A stretch of 63,870 bases of DNA, filler included, from Stramenopiles sp. TOSAG23-2 (taxonomy: Eukaryota), in NCBI GenBank assembly GCA_900128395.1. It is 10 parts of 10 records of this genome, joined end to end, with 100 filler letters (N's around TTAATTAATTAA, not from the genome) between each part and the next. Parts side by side here need not be neighbours in the genome. Positions count along the whole stretch, not along the records: positions 6,405 to 12,708 come from LT650482.1; positions 12,809 to 19,111 come from LT650483.1; positions 19,212 to 25,512 come from LT650484.1; 7 more parts are not named here. One strand, given 5' to 3'. Below the pieces are notes generated by a model. The model was not told the origin of the DNA. It saw only the letters and a list, made by a program, of their open reading frames with translations, and did not search any database. Each line of letters opens with the position of its first letter. The first letter of the stretch is position 1. Of this stretch, positions 11,393 to 23,290 are shown in pieces. The position numbers were made by a program, and so were the translations under genes.

Positions 11393-11641
11393 CAGGAAAC
11401 CATGATAATGAGCAAAGAAAAATGAAACTACTACCTATCCTGATAAATAAGCATAACAACAAATATTTAATATACGGTATATATTTATATTTGCAGACAA
11501 ACTAATTTTCTTCTTGTGAAGCAGTACATTTTTGCCGTTTTCAACAGTACCCCTTGTTTGTTTGAACACAGGGCATTCTATAGCACAAATTTTGTACAAG
11601 GAGAAAGTAGAAGTATAATTAATTAAATATACAAAAGCATT

Positions 11642-12708
11642 ATGGAAACGAAAAAGAAAGTAACATTCATAACATCTCCACTAGGAGCAGAAGTAAAGAC
11701 TGGAGATATGGCAAAAGTATTTTACGAACCGTTAGTTTCAAATGAAAAACTTGTACCTCAAGCTTTCGTACCAAAATCGTACTTAACTCGCCTAGGAACC
11801 TCACCACCAAAAAGTGATGACGACAGGAACGCAGCAAATTCATTATATGCCAGTCCACTTCTTTCTATCCGGAAGAGTACTACCACTTTTAATGACCTCA
11901 AGAAAACTAATAAAGCTGTGTTTGCATCATCAGAAATTGTAAAACACGGTAGTAGTGGTAATAATAATAATAGTAATAATAGTAATAATAGTAAAAAAGT
12001 CTTAGAATCCAATACAAAAAATTTTACAAGAATAAGAAGAAATAGCGAAGATTTAACTAAAAGTTGGGGTAACCAATTTATGAAATTTACTGATTTTGAA
12101 AAATATGTCGCTTTAGAAAATTTATATAAGATGATTGACGAGAAACAACGTGACCGAATAATATCAATATTTTCAGATGATATAAATACATCTGGTATGG
12201 AACAAGATGACGATAAAGGCGCTGTAGTAATACACGAGGGAGCGTCTGTCAATGATAGCAGTTCATTTGATGACTCAAGGCGGATGTGGAGTGTTGATGG
12301 CGATAATTTCTTTAAAAAGTATAACAGCGAAGATGATGACAACGATGATTATCTTGGTATGTTGGATGGTACGTTGGAAGAAGTTAAAAAATCAATAAGA
12401 GAAGGGGATGTTAATAGCAACAAGGTGACTACACAGGAAGAGTTTAAAGGGAATATGAAAAAAGAATCCAGCAACTTTAAAGATCGTAGTATTCATAAAA
12501 AAACAGGGGCATTGAATAGCAACACGTACAATAACAATGCAAATGAAGCACAAATAGAAAAACAAGAGATAGAAAAATTGGACAATATTGAACGTAATAT
12601 CGATAATGAAAAAAATATGTCAGATACTGAAAAATTTTATAAAGATCCCATTTCATTTTTGTTAAAAAGTGTCAGTAAAAGTAGTGGAACAATACCTTGT
12701 TATGCTAT
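11642..12708 (+). CDS. Hypothetical low-complexity protein, 3' partial
   Basis: ATG-initiated ORF of more than 350 aa running into the linker. Confidence 0.7.
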
Positions 12709-12808
12709 NNNNNNNNNNNNNNNNNNNNNNNNNNNNNNNNNNNNNNNNNNNNTTAATTAATTAANNNNNNNNNNNNNNNNNNNNNNNNNNNNNNNNNNNN
12801 NNNNNNNN

Positions 12809-12859
12809 TATTACTTTAACACGAGAAGTGTAAAATTATTATAACTTAGATTTTAACCA
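12809..12859 (-). repeat. Family A left-end fragment (cut by contig edge)
   Basis: Reverse complement reads tggttaaaatctaagttataataattttacacttctcgtgttaaagtaata. Confidence 0.8.
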
Positions 12860-13145
12860 ATATCTATATATATAATAAATTATGCGTAAATTAAATTATA
12901 TTAATTATCCATATGGATACGAGTAAATTATACGAAAATATTTAAAATTATGTGTTTTAAATATGATATGCATACCTGTATATTTATAAAAAATCAAAAA
13001 AATAAATACGAGTATCATATCATACGAATTCGTATGATAAATTCTCGATCCAGATCTGATCGGCCCCGAATAAAAAAAAATGAAAAAAAATCTATTCGCA
13101 CACACACAATTATTTATTTAAAAATAAAAAACAAAATCATGCAGA

Positions 13146-14768
13146 TCATGCATCTACATCATCATCACTGCATTTATCACCATCGCTACGTTCTTGTAAA
13201 TTTTGGCCACTCATATCTGGTAAAAACATTGGTGCAATCGTACCTAATACCATAATCATACCGGAACTAAAAATTAACATGGTTGGGTTATTTATTAATT
13301 GAGCATTTACGATTTGACCTGCAATTGCACCAATACGTCCACTTGCAGATAAATAACCCATCACAGTACTTCGAACATCAGTAGGAAACGTTTCTGTTGA
13401 CATAATATCTAATGCATTCCAACTACTAGTTGCAAAAGCGTTAAATAAACAAGCTGTTAAAACTATAATAAATGAAATATTATCTGGGTAAGCATAACCA
13501 ACTTCAAATGCAAAACAAAATAACATTATAGACCCTAAGCCCATGGATAAAATCATAACTTTTCTCCCACCTAATGCATCCATGTAATATGCCGATAATA
13601 TATTTGCTGGTAATCCACCAGCAGCAAAGATTATACTATCTAAATACGGATCAGCTATTTTTATTGTTTTAAATATTGTCGTGATCCAAGTCATCAATCC
13701 ATAATTACTAAAGGATAAGAAAAACCATAACGATTGTAATAATAACATTAAATAAATTGATTTCTTATTGGAATAAATCTTCTTCGATTGTTCTATAAAT
13801 GTGACTTCATTATTTACTCCTTGAATATCGCCACCATCTTCAACGTTTAATCTATCTGGAACGTGAAAATTTTGCATTGTTAATTGTGGTGGAGTAGATG
13901 ATGATAAGGGATCATAATTATTGTGATCATCATCCTGCTTCACCATGAAATATTTCTTATAACTATTTATTTTATTTAATACACGTATTGTATCTTGATA
14001 TTTTTGACGTAGATACAAACGCCGTGGACTTTCTGGTATAAATATTAAAACGCAGAATACTGTCAAAGCAGATGGTAAAGCACATACAAATGCAAACAAT
14101 CTCCAAGATACATTCAATTTTGCCAATAAAATATAAGCTATAAAAGATGTGAAAAGGCTTCCGACCATCCAAAATGAAGCAACAAGTGTTAAAAAAAATC
14201 CACGTGTTTTTGTCGGTAGCATTTCTGCACTTAATGTGAAAATTAAAGGAACCGTACCGCCAACTCCAATGCCTGCTATGAAACGACATAAAGATAAGAA
14301 AAAAACCGATGATGTAAGAGCTGAAAGGACGCCTGAAATAGCATTTACACCAAGAGTTAGAAGCAATGCTTTGCGCCTTCCAATTGCATCACCCAAATAA
14401 CCAGCACAAATGCCGCCCAATAACATTCCAAAAAAAATAGCAGAGGTTAATACTTCCAAATGCAAACTATCACCAAAATCAAGTAAAAAATCATCTGAAG
14501 AAATGTAATAATTCATAGCAATAATTTCAGTCGCATCACTTGCATTACCAAGTCCCATCGTTAATGCTAATACATAATGAAAATTGTTTGCACCAATTTC
14601 GTTTAAATAGCTAGTGATGGTGTATTTCGTCGTAGCAGTAGTGCTGTTATTGTTATTATACAAAATATCATTTTCCTCCTCCATACTATTGTCTTGTTTT
14701 TTTCTAAACGAAGATGTTGGTGACAACTCTGCTTTTAACAATGCTTCTTTTTCATTCTGTTCTTCCAT
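13146..14768 (-). CDS. MFS transporter, SV2/SVOP-like
   Basis: MFS motif A (GYLGDAIGRR), EMLPTKTRG, PESPR, ETFPTDVRST; about 12 TM helices. Confidence 0.9.
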   Translation of the reverse strand: MEEQNEKEALLKAELSPTSSFRKKQDNSMEEENDILYNNNNSTTATTKYTITSYLNEIGANNFHYVLALTMGLGNASDATEIIAMNYYISSDDFLLDFGDSLHLEVLTSAIFFGMLLGGICAGYLGDAIGRRKALLLTLGVNAISGVLSALTSSVFFLSLCRFIAGIGVGGTVPLIFTLSAEMLPTKTRGFFLTLVASFWMVGSLFTSFIAYILLAKLNVSWRLFAFVCALPSALTVFCVLIFIPESPRRLYLRQKYQDTIRVLNKINSYKKYFMVKQDDDHNNYDPLSSSTPPQLTMQNFHVPDRLNVEDGGDIQGVNNEVTFIEQSKKIYSNKKSIYLMLLLQSLWFFLSFSNYGLMTWITTIFKTIKIADPYLDSIIFAAGGLPANILSAYYMDALGGRKVMILSMGLGSIMLFCFAFEVGYAYPDNISFIIVLTACLFNAFATSSWNALDIMSTETFPTDVRSTVMGYLSASGRIGAIAGQIVNAQLINNPTMLIFSSGMIMVLGTIAPMFLPDMSGQNLQERSDGDKCSDDDVDA

Positions 14769-15446
14769 TTTTTTTTAATGTATCTATATATATATAGATA
14801 TAGATATATATATTATTTTGTATGTTTTGATAATATAATCTCTTGCAATAATGATGACTAATAATACATATATTAACTAAAACAATGTAAATACATACAC
14901 GGTATAATAAGTATATACTGTATAATACAAAGCTCTGGAAAGGTGCAAAAAGAGAATACCTGCACACCTGGGAATACAAGTAATAATTTTAATTAAAAAA
15001 AAAAAGGCACACAAACCTTATTCTCTCTAAAAGGTGCAAAGCGCGGCGCAGCGAATTAAGGATGTAGATGGTTTTCTAAATTTTTTACACATAATCAAAT
15101 AATGTATGGGCTCCACAAGTATATATTTAGTATATCAATTTATGTATGTATGCATAGGGAGAGTTTATTTAATATTAGTATAAAATATGATGAAAAATCG
15201 AATGAAGAAAGAAAAAAAGGGAGAAAAAGTTGAATTAATCTAAATACACACAGATATATAGATCTATATAAAGACAACTGTATGCACAAAATATGAACGT
15301 AATATTAATCTTATAGATGACATATATATATATATATATATATATCAACATTTATGTTGTTTCTTCTATAAATTACTTTCCAATACAAAATTAACATTTC
15401 ACATACTTGTATAAAACATTTTAAGATATTTTTTAGTTTTAATAAA

Positions 15447-16517
15447 ATGGGGAAGAAAAATAGAAAAAAAAAATCGAAGAAAAGAGAAAGCAGTGGAAGT
15501 GGGGCTAATAGTAGTGGTAATGATAGGAGCAATCGAAGAAGTGAACTTCAAGCAATGAAATATCTACAGGAATCAGGAATTGCAGGTCAGGCAGGAAATT
15601 GGAGGCTATGTGCCGACAAATACATAGCATCTATTCAAATAGCACCTTACAATTGGCAATACCGATATAATAATTTTAGTGGATATTGTAGTATTGTAAA
15701 CACAGAGCGAAGATTTTCATTAAATGAAATAGAAAAGGATTTTAAAAATTTGAAGAAAGTTAGAGATGATGAAAACGAACACAAGTTATTAAGAGCTACA
15801 GCAAGCTTTCATTATGGTGTTCTTCGTTGGGATATGAATAAGAGAGAATCTGCAGCACGTTCATACCGAATTGGACTTGAAATAATTAATTCATTAACAG
15901 AATCAGAAAAAAACTCAATTCATTTCTTTTCAGATCCACTTACAATGACTATGAGAAACATGGCAACCAAATTAATAATAGAACAAAGAAATATAAAGAC
16001 TGACATAATAAAGAATTTGAGTATTTTAGAAAATCCATTAACACATTCACATACAATAAATACCAATCCTATATTTCGTGAAGATGGAACGCAAATCCCA
16101 CAAGAGCCTATTAGAGTGAACTATCAACCAACCGTAACAACAGATGTGAATACACTGACAAGTATTATAGAAAGAATGAAAGTAGGAGGCGATAAATGTG
16201 ATTGTTGTGGAAAACAAAATGTTAAACTTTTTACATGTGCCAGATGTAAAATGACGTATTATTGCTCACAAGAATGTCAAAAAACCAATTGGAAAAATGG
16301 ACATAATAAAGCATGTCGTAAAGCTGGACAAGTAAAGGTGGGGGATTATGTAAAATTAAGAGGTTTATCTCGTAAGCCTGAGTTAAATGGGAATATTGTT
16401 TTAGTTGAAGCAAAAATAGAAGATAAAGAGAACAGATGGAAGGTTAGTGATGAGGGTAAAGGTCTTTTATTGAGTGTTTCTGTTGATAATTTAGCACGCA
16501 TTCGTCCAGAAAAATAA
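15447..16517 (+). CDS. MYND zinc-finger protein with helical N-terminus and C-terminal SH3/KOW-like segment
   Basis: CDCC...CARC...YCSQECQ..NW..GH...C MYND signature; GL...PELNG motif follows. Confidence 0.85.
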   Translation: MGKKNRKKKSKKRESSGSGANSSGNDRSNRRSELQAMKYLQESGIAGQAGNWRLCADKYIASIQIAPYNWQYRYNNFSGYCSIVNTERRFSLNEIEKDFKNLKKVRDDENEHKLLRATASFHYGVLRWDMNKRESAARSYRIGLEIINSLTESEKNSIHFFSDPLTMTMRNMATKLIIEQRNIKTDIIKNLSILENPLTHSHTINTNPIFREDGTQIPQEPIRVNYQPTVTTDVNTLTSIIERMKVGGDKCDCCGKQNVKLFTCARCKMTYYCSQECQKTNWKNGHNKACRKAGQVKVGDYVKLRGLSRKPELNGNIVLVEAKIEDKENRWKVSDEGKGLLLSVSVDNLARIRPEK

Positions 16518-16953
16518 AAATGTATAATGTATGGAGCATGAAACTTTGTAAAATGAGATGTAGTGTACATATTATATATGTGGTGTGTTTATGATATTTG
16601 TGTGTTACTCCAATTTTCTCCTAGGCGTCGTGTGTTCCGACTACTCCAATTTTAGCGTCGTGTGTGTTCCGACTGTTATACTCCAATTTAAATTTTTTTA
16701 ATAATAAGTCCAACCACCCTATTATTTTAGAATTATTATATAACCCTGCCTGGCCTGCAATTTAAATTGTATAATAATAATAATTATAATATAATATTAT
16801 ATAATTGTTGAATGCATTCAGCTGCTCAGTTTTAATTACAAGACATAAGGAACTATTTAATAGAAATAATAATCATTATAATCTTTTCTTCGATTCATAA
16901 TTCATTTAAAAAAAAAGAGTTAAGAAAAAGAAAATACAACACAAGAAAATATC

Positions 16954-18354
16954 ATGTCAACGTCCAATAAAAATAATGTACCAATTGAATTTACAAAAGA
17001 AAATATTGCGTCAAAGACCATTAATTTAAGAAAAGAGGAAAGAATGTATGAAACTCATTGGTCTGCGGGGGAACCATATCGTTCTTTATATGAGCATAAT
17101 AAACATATTGGTGCTAAATATGGGTATGGATTGAATGCTTCAAATATCAAACGCAATGCTAAAACGGATGGGTTAGATTTAAACGACGAAAATTTATATT
17201 ACAATACTAATAATGCTATTAGTAAAAATTATTGGAAAAATATTCGTCTTCCACAACCAAATAAAGATTTAACTCAACTACGACAAGATTTAAAGACTTG
17301 GGGATATTGTTTGATTCAAGATGCATTGTCACCAGAGCAATTACATAAGTTAAGAACGCGTATTAAAGATCAAATGGAAGGAGAGAAATTAGCTGGTGTT
17401 GCCAGTTGGAATGGTGTCAAAGGTAAATCTCAATATGTCCATACGTTATTAAATAAAGGTGAACAATTTCGACAATGTGTTGCTCACGATCCTGCAGGTG
17501 TTCAAGCGGGTCCATTAATTGAACGTCTTATTACTGAAACAGTTGGTCCAGATTTTATCATGGAAAGTTTCTTAGCAATTACTGCATATAAAAATAATAT
17601 GCCGCAAGGATTGCATCAAGACAATGGTGTTGGTGGTATTCAAACGTTGAAAACTCCAGTATCACTCAATACAATGTATATTATGGATGATGTGAATCAT
17701 GTAAATGGTGGTACATTAGTCGTCCCAGGTTCACATTTAATTATAGCAAAATATGGTACAAGTGAAAAAGTTGAAGAAGCATTACCACCTGCTATTAACG
17801 TGGAAGCACCTGCTGGTACTGTTATGCTTTTTGAAGGAAGGCTATTACATGGAACTGGTGTCAATCGTACAAATAAACCACGAACTGTCATGGTAATGAA
17901 CTCAACTCCATATTGGTATCGAGCACAAGAAAATTTTATGTTATCTGCAGATCCATCATGGCTGAAAACAGCTTCGCCAAAATTATTGTATCGTATAGGT
18001 GCAGTTGCAGGGCAACGTATGCCATTAGGTTGGGTGGAAGGTGCATCGGGATATTTAGTACAGCAGCGTTTAGCGATTGAACGTGGAGAATATGTACGAA
18101 TTGGTGAGTTAGGGCCAAACAGTTCAAAGGAAGACTTAATGAAAGATTATACATTTCGCCATAGTGATAGTGGTAGAGAATTGTTGAAAAAACAAGTTGA
18201 TGCAATTGATGAAGTGAAAAAGATGTATGATGATAATAATGATAATGTACCAGATGAATTATATCCTGATGAATGGATAACACCGGAACGTTTACCTCTT
18301 ATCAAACCATTAGGCGATTTAAAAGACGTTTTAAAGAAAAAAAGCAAATTGTAA
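16954..18354 (+). CDS. Phytanoyl-CoA dioxygenase (PhyH) family 2OG-Fe(II) oxygenase with PTS1
   Basis: HQD, NGGT.VVPGSH and LLHGTG.N...PR motifs; C-terminal SKL. Confidence 0.85.
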   Translation: MSTSNKNNVPIEFTKENIASKTINLRKEERMYETHWSAGEPYRSLYEHNKHIGAKYGYGLNASNIKRNAKTDGLDLNDENLYYNTNNAISKNYWKNIRLPQPNKDLTQLRQDLKTWGYCLIQDALSPEQLHKLRTRIKDQMEGEKLAGVASWNGVKGKSQYVHTLLNKGEQFRQCVAHDPAGVQAGPLIERLITETVGPDFIMESFLAITAYKNNMPQGLHQDNGVGGIQTLKTPVSLNTMYIMDDVNHVNGGTLVVPGSHLIIAKYGTSEKVEEALPPAINVEAPAGTVMLFEGRLLHGTGVNRTNKPRTVMVMNSTPYWYRAQENFMLSADPSWLKTASPKLLYRIGAVAGQRMPLGWVEGASGYLVQQRLAIERGEYVRIGELGPNSSKEDLMKDYTFRHSDSGRELLKKQVDAIDEVKKMYDDNNDNVPDELYPDEWITPERLPLIKPLGDLKDVLKKKSKL

Positions 18355-18420
18355 AAAGATGTATATATATTATATATACGCGATTTTAACTATATATTAT
18401 ATATCCATAAGTGAACTAAT

Positions 18421-18534
18421 AGAGTATTTGCTTGCGGCGGCGCATGAGAGCTTTATTATAGTAGAAGGAAATCCTTTTCTTTAGAGATTTGAGTGGTATT
18501 GAAGCATTAATATTCTACAGGTAGGAGATTTTAA
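18421..18534 (-). repeat. Family A diverged partial copy
   Basis: cggcgcatgagagctttatt is the reverse complement of 22961-22980; the match extends to the aatactct motif. Confidence 0.65.
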
Positions 18535-18654
18535 AATTGTTATTTTTATACGAAATGTACGCGTATTAAAATATAATTTGAAAAAATATATCATCATACG
18601 GATCGTAACTTTTAAAGATTTTAAAACATCATTTTTAAAATATTGAGATAGTTA

Positions 18655-18805
18655 GTTAAAATCTAAAGTGTTATGATATGTACACATAATAATTTTACTT
18701 CCCGCCGTGCTAAGTAATATTGCTCAATATGATACTCAATCTCAAGAAATAATTAATTCTATCCTACTTTAAATAGTAATAGCTCTAATGCACCTCTGCA
18801 AACTA
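18655..18805 (+). repeat. Family A truncated copy
   Basis: gttaaaatcta...tgctcaata...agctctaatgcacctctgcaaacta matches the full copies. Confidence 0.8.
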
Positions 18806-18912
18806 TGCATACATCATTTTAACAAAAAAACAATTTCTCCGGTCTGTGTATTCTTTGACTAAATAACACAAAAAAACACATACAAAATTTTATTTTTTTT
18901 ATTTTTTTCTTC

Positions 18913-19056
18913 TTACTTTCTACTCTCTTTTTGCATTGGCATTCTCATTTCAAAACCATTATTTTCATTTGTATATGGTGGAGTATCTGGGAATAAATAA
19001 TTCATTGCACTTTCCCATGATTTTTTTGGGCCTCTATTATTATTATTTGCAGTAGA
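18913..19056 (-). CDS. 3' fragment of an unknown gene
   Basis: Open frame ...SWESAMNYLFPDTPPYTNENNGFEMRMPMQKESRK* near the contig end. Confidence 0.35.
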   Translation of the reverse strand, partial: STANNNNRGPKKSWESAMNYLFPDTPPYTNENNGFEMRMPMQKESRK

Positions 19057-19213
19057 AGATGATTTTTTACTTGATTTTGGTGATAGTTTGCATTTGGAAG
19101 TATTAACCTCTNNNNNNNNNNNNNNNNNNNNNNNNNNNNNNNNNNNNNNNNNNNNTTAATTAATTAANNNNNNNNNNNNNNNNNNNNNNNNNNNNNNNNN
19201 NNNNNNNNNNNAT

Positions 19214-19414
19214 AATAATAATATTACTGATGATAGTGGAATACAAAGTATTATTGATGGATTAAAAACAAACAATACATTAAATTACTTGTACCTATCT
19301 AATAATCGAAGACTTAGTCGTAATATGAAATCACAATTATATGCTATACAACAATACAAAAGAACTGGATCAAACGGGTATCAACAAGTGAAAGGGATGG
19401 ATATATATAAATAA
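19214..19414 (+). CDS. C-terminal fragment of an RNI-like leucine-rich repeat protein
   Basis: NNITDDSGIQSIIDGLKTNNTLNYLYLSNN fits the RI-like LRR consensus. Confidence 0.65.
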   Translation, partial: NNNITDDSGIQSIIDGLKTNNTLNYLYLSNNRRLSRNMKSQLYAIQQYKRTGSNGYQQVKGMDIYK

Positions 19415-19956
19415 AAAAATTTTACTTTAATAAACCATTTCGTTTTAAAAAAAAAAAATAATATTTCTTATTACTCACTCTCAATCCTCTTCTTCTAATT
19501 AAGGAGAAATCATTTCCCCCCTTCATCCCTTTCTACCAGCTAAAACGAATAACAAATCCATCCCGACACCTTCACCAATTCACACTTTTAAATCTCCTTA
19601 TGTCGAACACCAATGCTATATGCATACTAATCTACTTCACCGATCTACTATTTCCCCAGTTCTCTTTAACGACATTTCCAGCCTTAAATTTTCATCCAAT
19701 CCCAACCCTGCTTCAAAACGCTTTCTTCTTGGGGCAGGGGTCCTCGCCTTCCACGGCGTTTGTAACTTAATAAATATATGATGAATAATAATTTTGATAA
19801 TTTAAATTGATAGTAGGTACAATGGAAAATAGAAATATACACGCTTCGTATGTAGTAACATCTTGTAGATATATATAAACAGCGTATAGATAGTTTGTGT
19901 GTGTGTGTGTGTGTTTATGCGCGTGCGTGCAAGTATTCTAGAGAGAGAGAAAGAAG

Positions 19957-20862
19957 ATGAATAATAATAATAATAACAACAATAACCAATCGCAAGCACA
20001 ACCGTCCGCGACGGATGGGACCATATGTGGTTGTTGTTATAAACTACCAGTAGATACTGTAAAATTTTGGTTTCATTTTATTAGTATATTCAATGGTCTT
20101 TGTATTGCCTTTGTTGGTGTCATGGAAGTATGGGCATTTGGTTTGAATTGGACGGAGGATGATGCAAGCTGCAATGCTACGAAATGTTGTTTGAAGTGGA
20201 AGAGTTTTTCAAAAATTTTTCTACCACTTTATACAGTCGTTGCTGGATTATTATTAATTATTGCTGAAATGAGATTAAATATGTGTCATGAACGTCTTTC
20301 AGGTAACTGTGGCTTTTTGTTTAGTTATAACTTTCGTGTGTTATATATATTGCTATCAGGCACATTATGTTTTAGTATGGAATGCAGCCAATATGTTTAC
20401 GTCGGTTATATCGCTGGTAGTGTGAGTATTATGAATGCAATTTTTTCCTGTTTTATGATTTCAAATCATCCTGGTATGGTTCAACTTACTGGGCATGATG
20501 ATATTGATAATGCACGTTTATTATCAAATTATGGGATTGGTAATAATTATGGTCAAATGTCTAAAAATCCATATGCATATCAACAACAACATGACGTAGA
20601 ACAACAACAACAACAACAGCAAGAAGGTTGGGGTGCAAACTATAATAATAATAATACAAATGTACAACAACATGAATATAATCCATTCGAAAACCAACAA
20701 AATAATAATAATTTAAAAACACCATTAAACAAAAGTTCCAAAAATGATAATAATACACCAAAAGATGGTTTGTATAATAACAACAATGACAATAATAATA
20801 ATAGTAAAAAAGAAAAAGTTGATGAATATTTAAATCCATTTGCATCTGATAATACTTTTTAA
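19957..20862 (+). CDS. COPI-associated (Tvp15-like) membrane protein
   Basis: Four TM helices with Y..V.GLLLIIAE and GFLFSY..R.LYIL..GTL motifs; NPF motifs in the low-complexity tail. Confidence 0.7.
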   Translation: MNNNNNNNNNQSQAQPSATDGTICGCCYKLPVDTVKFWFHFISIFNGLCIAFVGVMEVWAFGLNWTEDDASCNATKCCLKWKSFSKIFLPLYTVVAGLLLIIAEMRLNMCHERLSGNCGFLFSYNFRVLYILLSGTLCFSMECSQYVYVGYIAGSVSIMNAIFSCFMISNHPGMVQLTGHDDIDNARLLSNYGIGNNYGQMSKNPYAYQQQHDVEQQQQQQQEGWGANYNNNNTNVQQHEYNPFENQQNNNNLKTPLNKSSKNDNNTPKDGLYNNNNDNNNNSKKEKVDEYLNPFASDNTF

Positions 20863-21396
20863 ACATATTTTTTGTAAAAAATACTATATATGGAAGATTC
20901 AGCCAGCTATCTATAGTAATAGATCTAGATCGAAGAGCTGTGTGACTGGACTGGATTAATAATATAATTGATGGGAGAGAGGTTCAGAGAGAGTGCTCGT
21001 ATTAAATATAATTTACCAAAACACCAAAAAATAATAATAAAAATTAAAAAAATGGCAAAAAAAAAATAAATTTGATAGAGAATAACCTACCTTTCAAGTA
21101 TAACAATACCTGGACATCATGGTAATTGGTAATTGATTGATTATTTGTCCTCGGATATTGTTGTGATTGTTAATGGTATAAATATACATACACTCTCTAT
21201 GATAATAATATCGATACCATAATACAACAAACAAGAAGAATAATATATATAAATGTATAAAAATACATCGTTTAAAGTTGTTTTTATTCATGCTGAGTAT
21301 AGCAAATTATAATCTATTATATATATATATATATATATACATACATGTTTTTGTACTAGGAACATAACATTTGTTTTTTTCTTTCAATTAATCAAG

Positions 21397-22047
21397 ATGA
21401 AATATTACACAACAATATTATTATTGACAATATGTATGGTTTGTATGTTGTTTGTTACAACCGAAGCAGGTGGACATCATGGCAATCATACATCACATGG
21501 AGATGAGCAGAAATATACATGCAAATGCATGGTATATTCTACAGATGGCAGTTGCCCTGCAACAGAACCAGCTGTAAAATGGAAACTTGCAGAAAAAAGT
21601 ATGTATGAAGATAAAAAAGGTAATAGGCGTCCACCTACAAAAGTATTTGAAGGTGACATAGGGTGTTGTCAATTTACCGTTCCCTTGTATGTGAAAAACA
21701 ATTCTGATACGAAATTTAAGGATAACTGTGATAAACATTTTACTTGTCCAGATTTTAAAGAGGAAACAAAATCAAATATGGAAAAGGCAGGTGCACAAAT
21801 TAAAACTAAAGCATATAGCTGTTCAAAAACAGAAATCGATGAGGAGAAATTATGTGCATGTTCCACTAAAGGCGAAATTCAGGCAGCAAAACGAAATGCT
21901 GAATATTTACTTTTGATTGTAGGTACTGTCGCCGCAATAATATTATGTACATTCTGTTGTTGCTTATGCTACTGTCGAAGGAGAATGAAGCGAAGTGGTG
22001 CACAAGGTGGTTCCAAAAAACCAACTTCAAATCCATATTTGAAATAA
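21397..22047 (+). CDS. Type I membrane protein with Cys-rich ectodomain
   Basis: Signal peptide, Cys-rich body, TM helix followed by a Cys cluster and basic tail. Confidence 0.75.
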   Translation: MKYYTTILLLTICMVCMLFVTTEAGGHHGNHTSHGDEQKYTCKCMVYSTDGSCPATEPAVKWKLAEKSMYEDKKGNRRPPTKVFEGDIGCCQFTVPLYVKNNSDTKFKDNCDKHFTCPDFKEETKSNMEKAGAQIKTKAYSCSKTEIDEEKLCACSTKGEIQAAKRNAEYLLLIVGTVAAIILCTFCCCLCYCRRRMKRSGAQGGSKKPTSNPYLK

Positions 22048-22426
22048 AATAACACATACATGGTATATGTGGCATGTGTTATATATTAAATATATATATA
22101 TTGACTTGATTAATTTGTTTTTTTGAGGATAGGAATTATCACGCGGAGTAGAAATAAAAAAAAGTAAAATACAGAGCGTGTACATGATATATAATAATTT
22201 TTTAAATAAGTTTTTACGAAAACGTAGTATGATATTCAATAATATATATATTATATTTTTTTTTTAATATTTTTTTTTTTAATATTTTTTTCACAAATTA
22301 CTGTTATTATTACATGTTAATATATATATTATTATAGAAAAGAACAATGATCTATATATGCATATAAGACAATAATAAACAAGGCCAACAAACTATAATA
22401 CTACAAAAATAGAAACAGAGATAATT

Positions 22427-22810
22427 ATGGATGAATCGAATTTTAACCGTAAAGCAGCTGCATTTTTTGGCTTTACCGGTGTTGCACTTGGTGCGTTTGG
22501 TGCACATGCATTGAAAGGTGTATTAGAAAGAAATAATACAGCCGACTCATGGAAAACGGCTGTCATGTACCAATTAATTCATGCATTAGCATTGTTGGCT
22601 GTCTCAACTAGAGAAGTCGATGTTAAATCATCTGTACCTTGGACAAGTATTTCAAATAGTTGGATTGCTGGGATTGTGTTATTTTCTGGTTCAATTTATG
22701 GCCTATGTTTAGGTGGTCCACGATTGCTGGGGCCCGTAACACCTATTGGCGGATTAAGTTTAATGACAGGTTGGGGTTTATTATTAATGGGGCTGGAATC
22801 GAACAAATAA
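22427..22810 (+). CDS. TMEM256: DUF423/TMEM256 family membrane protein
   Basis: GAFGAH, W.TAV.YQ..HALAL, LFSGSIY and LGPVTPIGG....GW signatures. Confidence 0.9.
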   Translation: MDESNFNRKAAAFFGFTGVALGAFGAHALKGVLERNNTADSWKTAVMYQLIHALALLAVSTREVDVKSSVPWTSISNSWIAGIVLFSGSIYGLCLGGPRLLGPVTPIGGLSLMTGWGLLLMGLESNK

Positions 22811-22837
22811 ATATTAAATACGGATATATTATATAAA

Positions 22838-22980
22838 GATGGTTAAAATCTAAGTTATAATAATTTTTTTACTTCCCGTGGTAAACACTACGCTCAATAC
22901 TCAATCTCAGGAATAACATTGTTAATCCTCCCAATCTAAGAAGGATTTACTCCTACTATTAATAAAGCTCTCATGCGCCG
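22838..22980 (+). repeat. Family A truncated copy
   Basis: gatggttaaaatctaagttata...acttcccgtg...gctcaatactcaatc. Confidence 0.8.
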
Positions 22981-23194
22981 TATATATTATATATATATAT
23001 TAGTATATGATATCATATGATATATATATGCCATATTTACGTTGCGACGTCGCGTGTAGCTCTATTAGAGAGAGATTGGTTGGAGAGGGTGTGAAGACAT
23101 TATCAGAGAAGAGAGAGAATTATAATAGAATTATCATATGGTGATAAACAATAAAAGCATCAACGACATACACATATTAATTTTACGAAGCGTA

Positions 23195-23232
<38 letters not shown>

Positions 23233-23290
23233 TTTTAAATGTATCATTACAAAAATAAATGATTCTCCTCAAATGAGACGTGTTATGATA

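Noticed and set aside
19057-19111. Exact inverted copy of MFS coding sequence 14442-14496
   Set aside because: Exactly 55 bp at a contig end, consistent with a k-mer overlap or amplification chimera rather than a real duplication.
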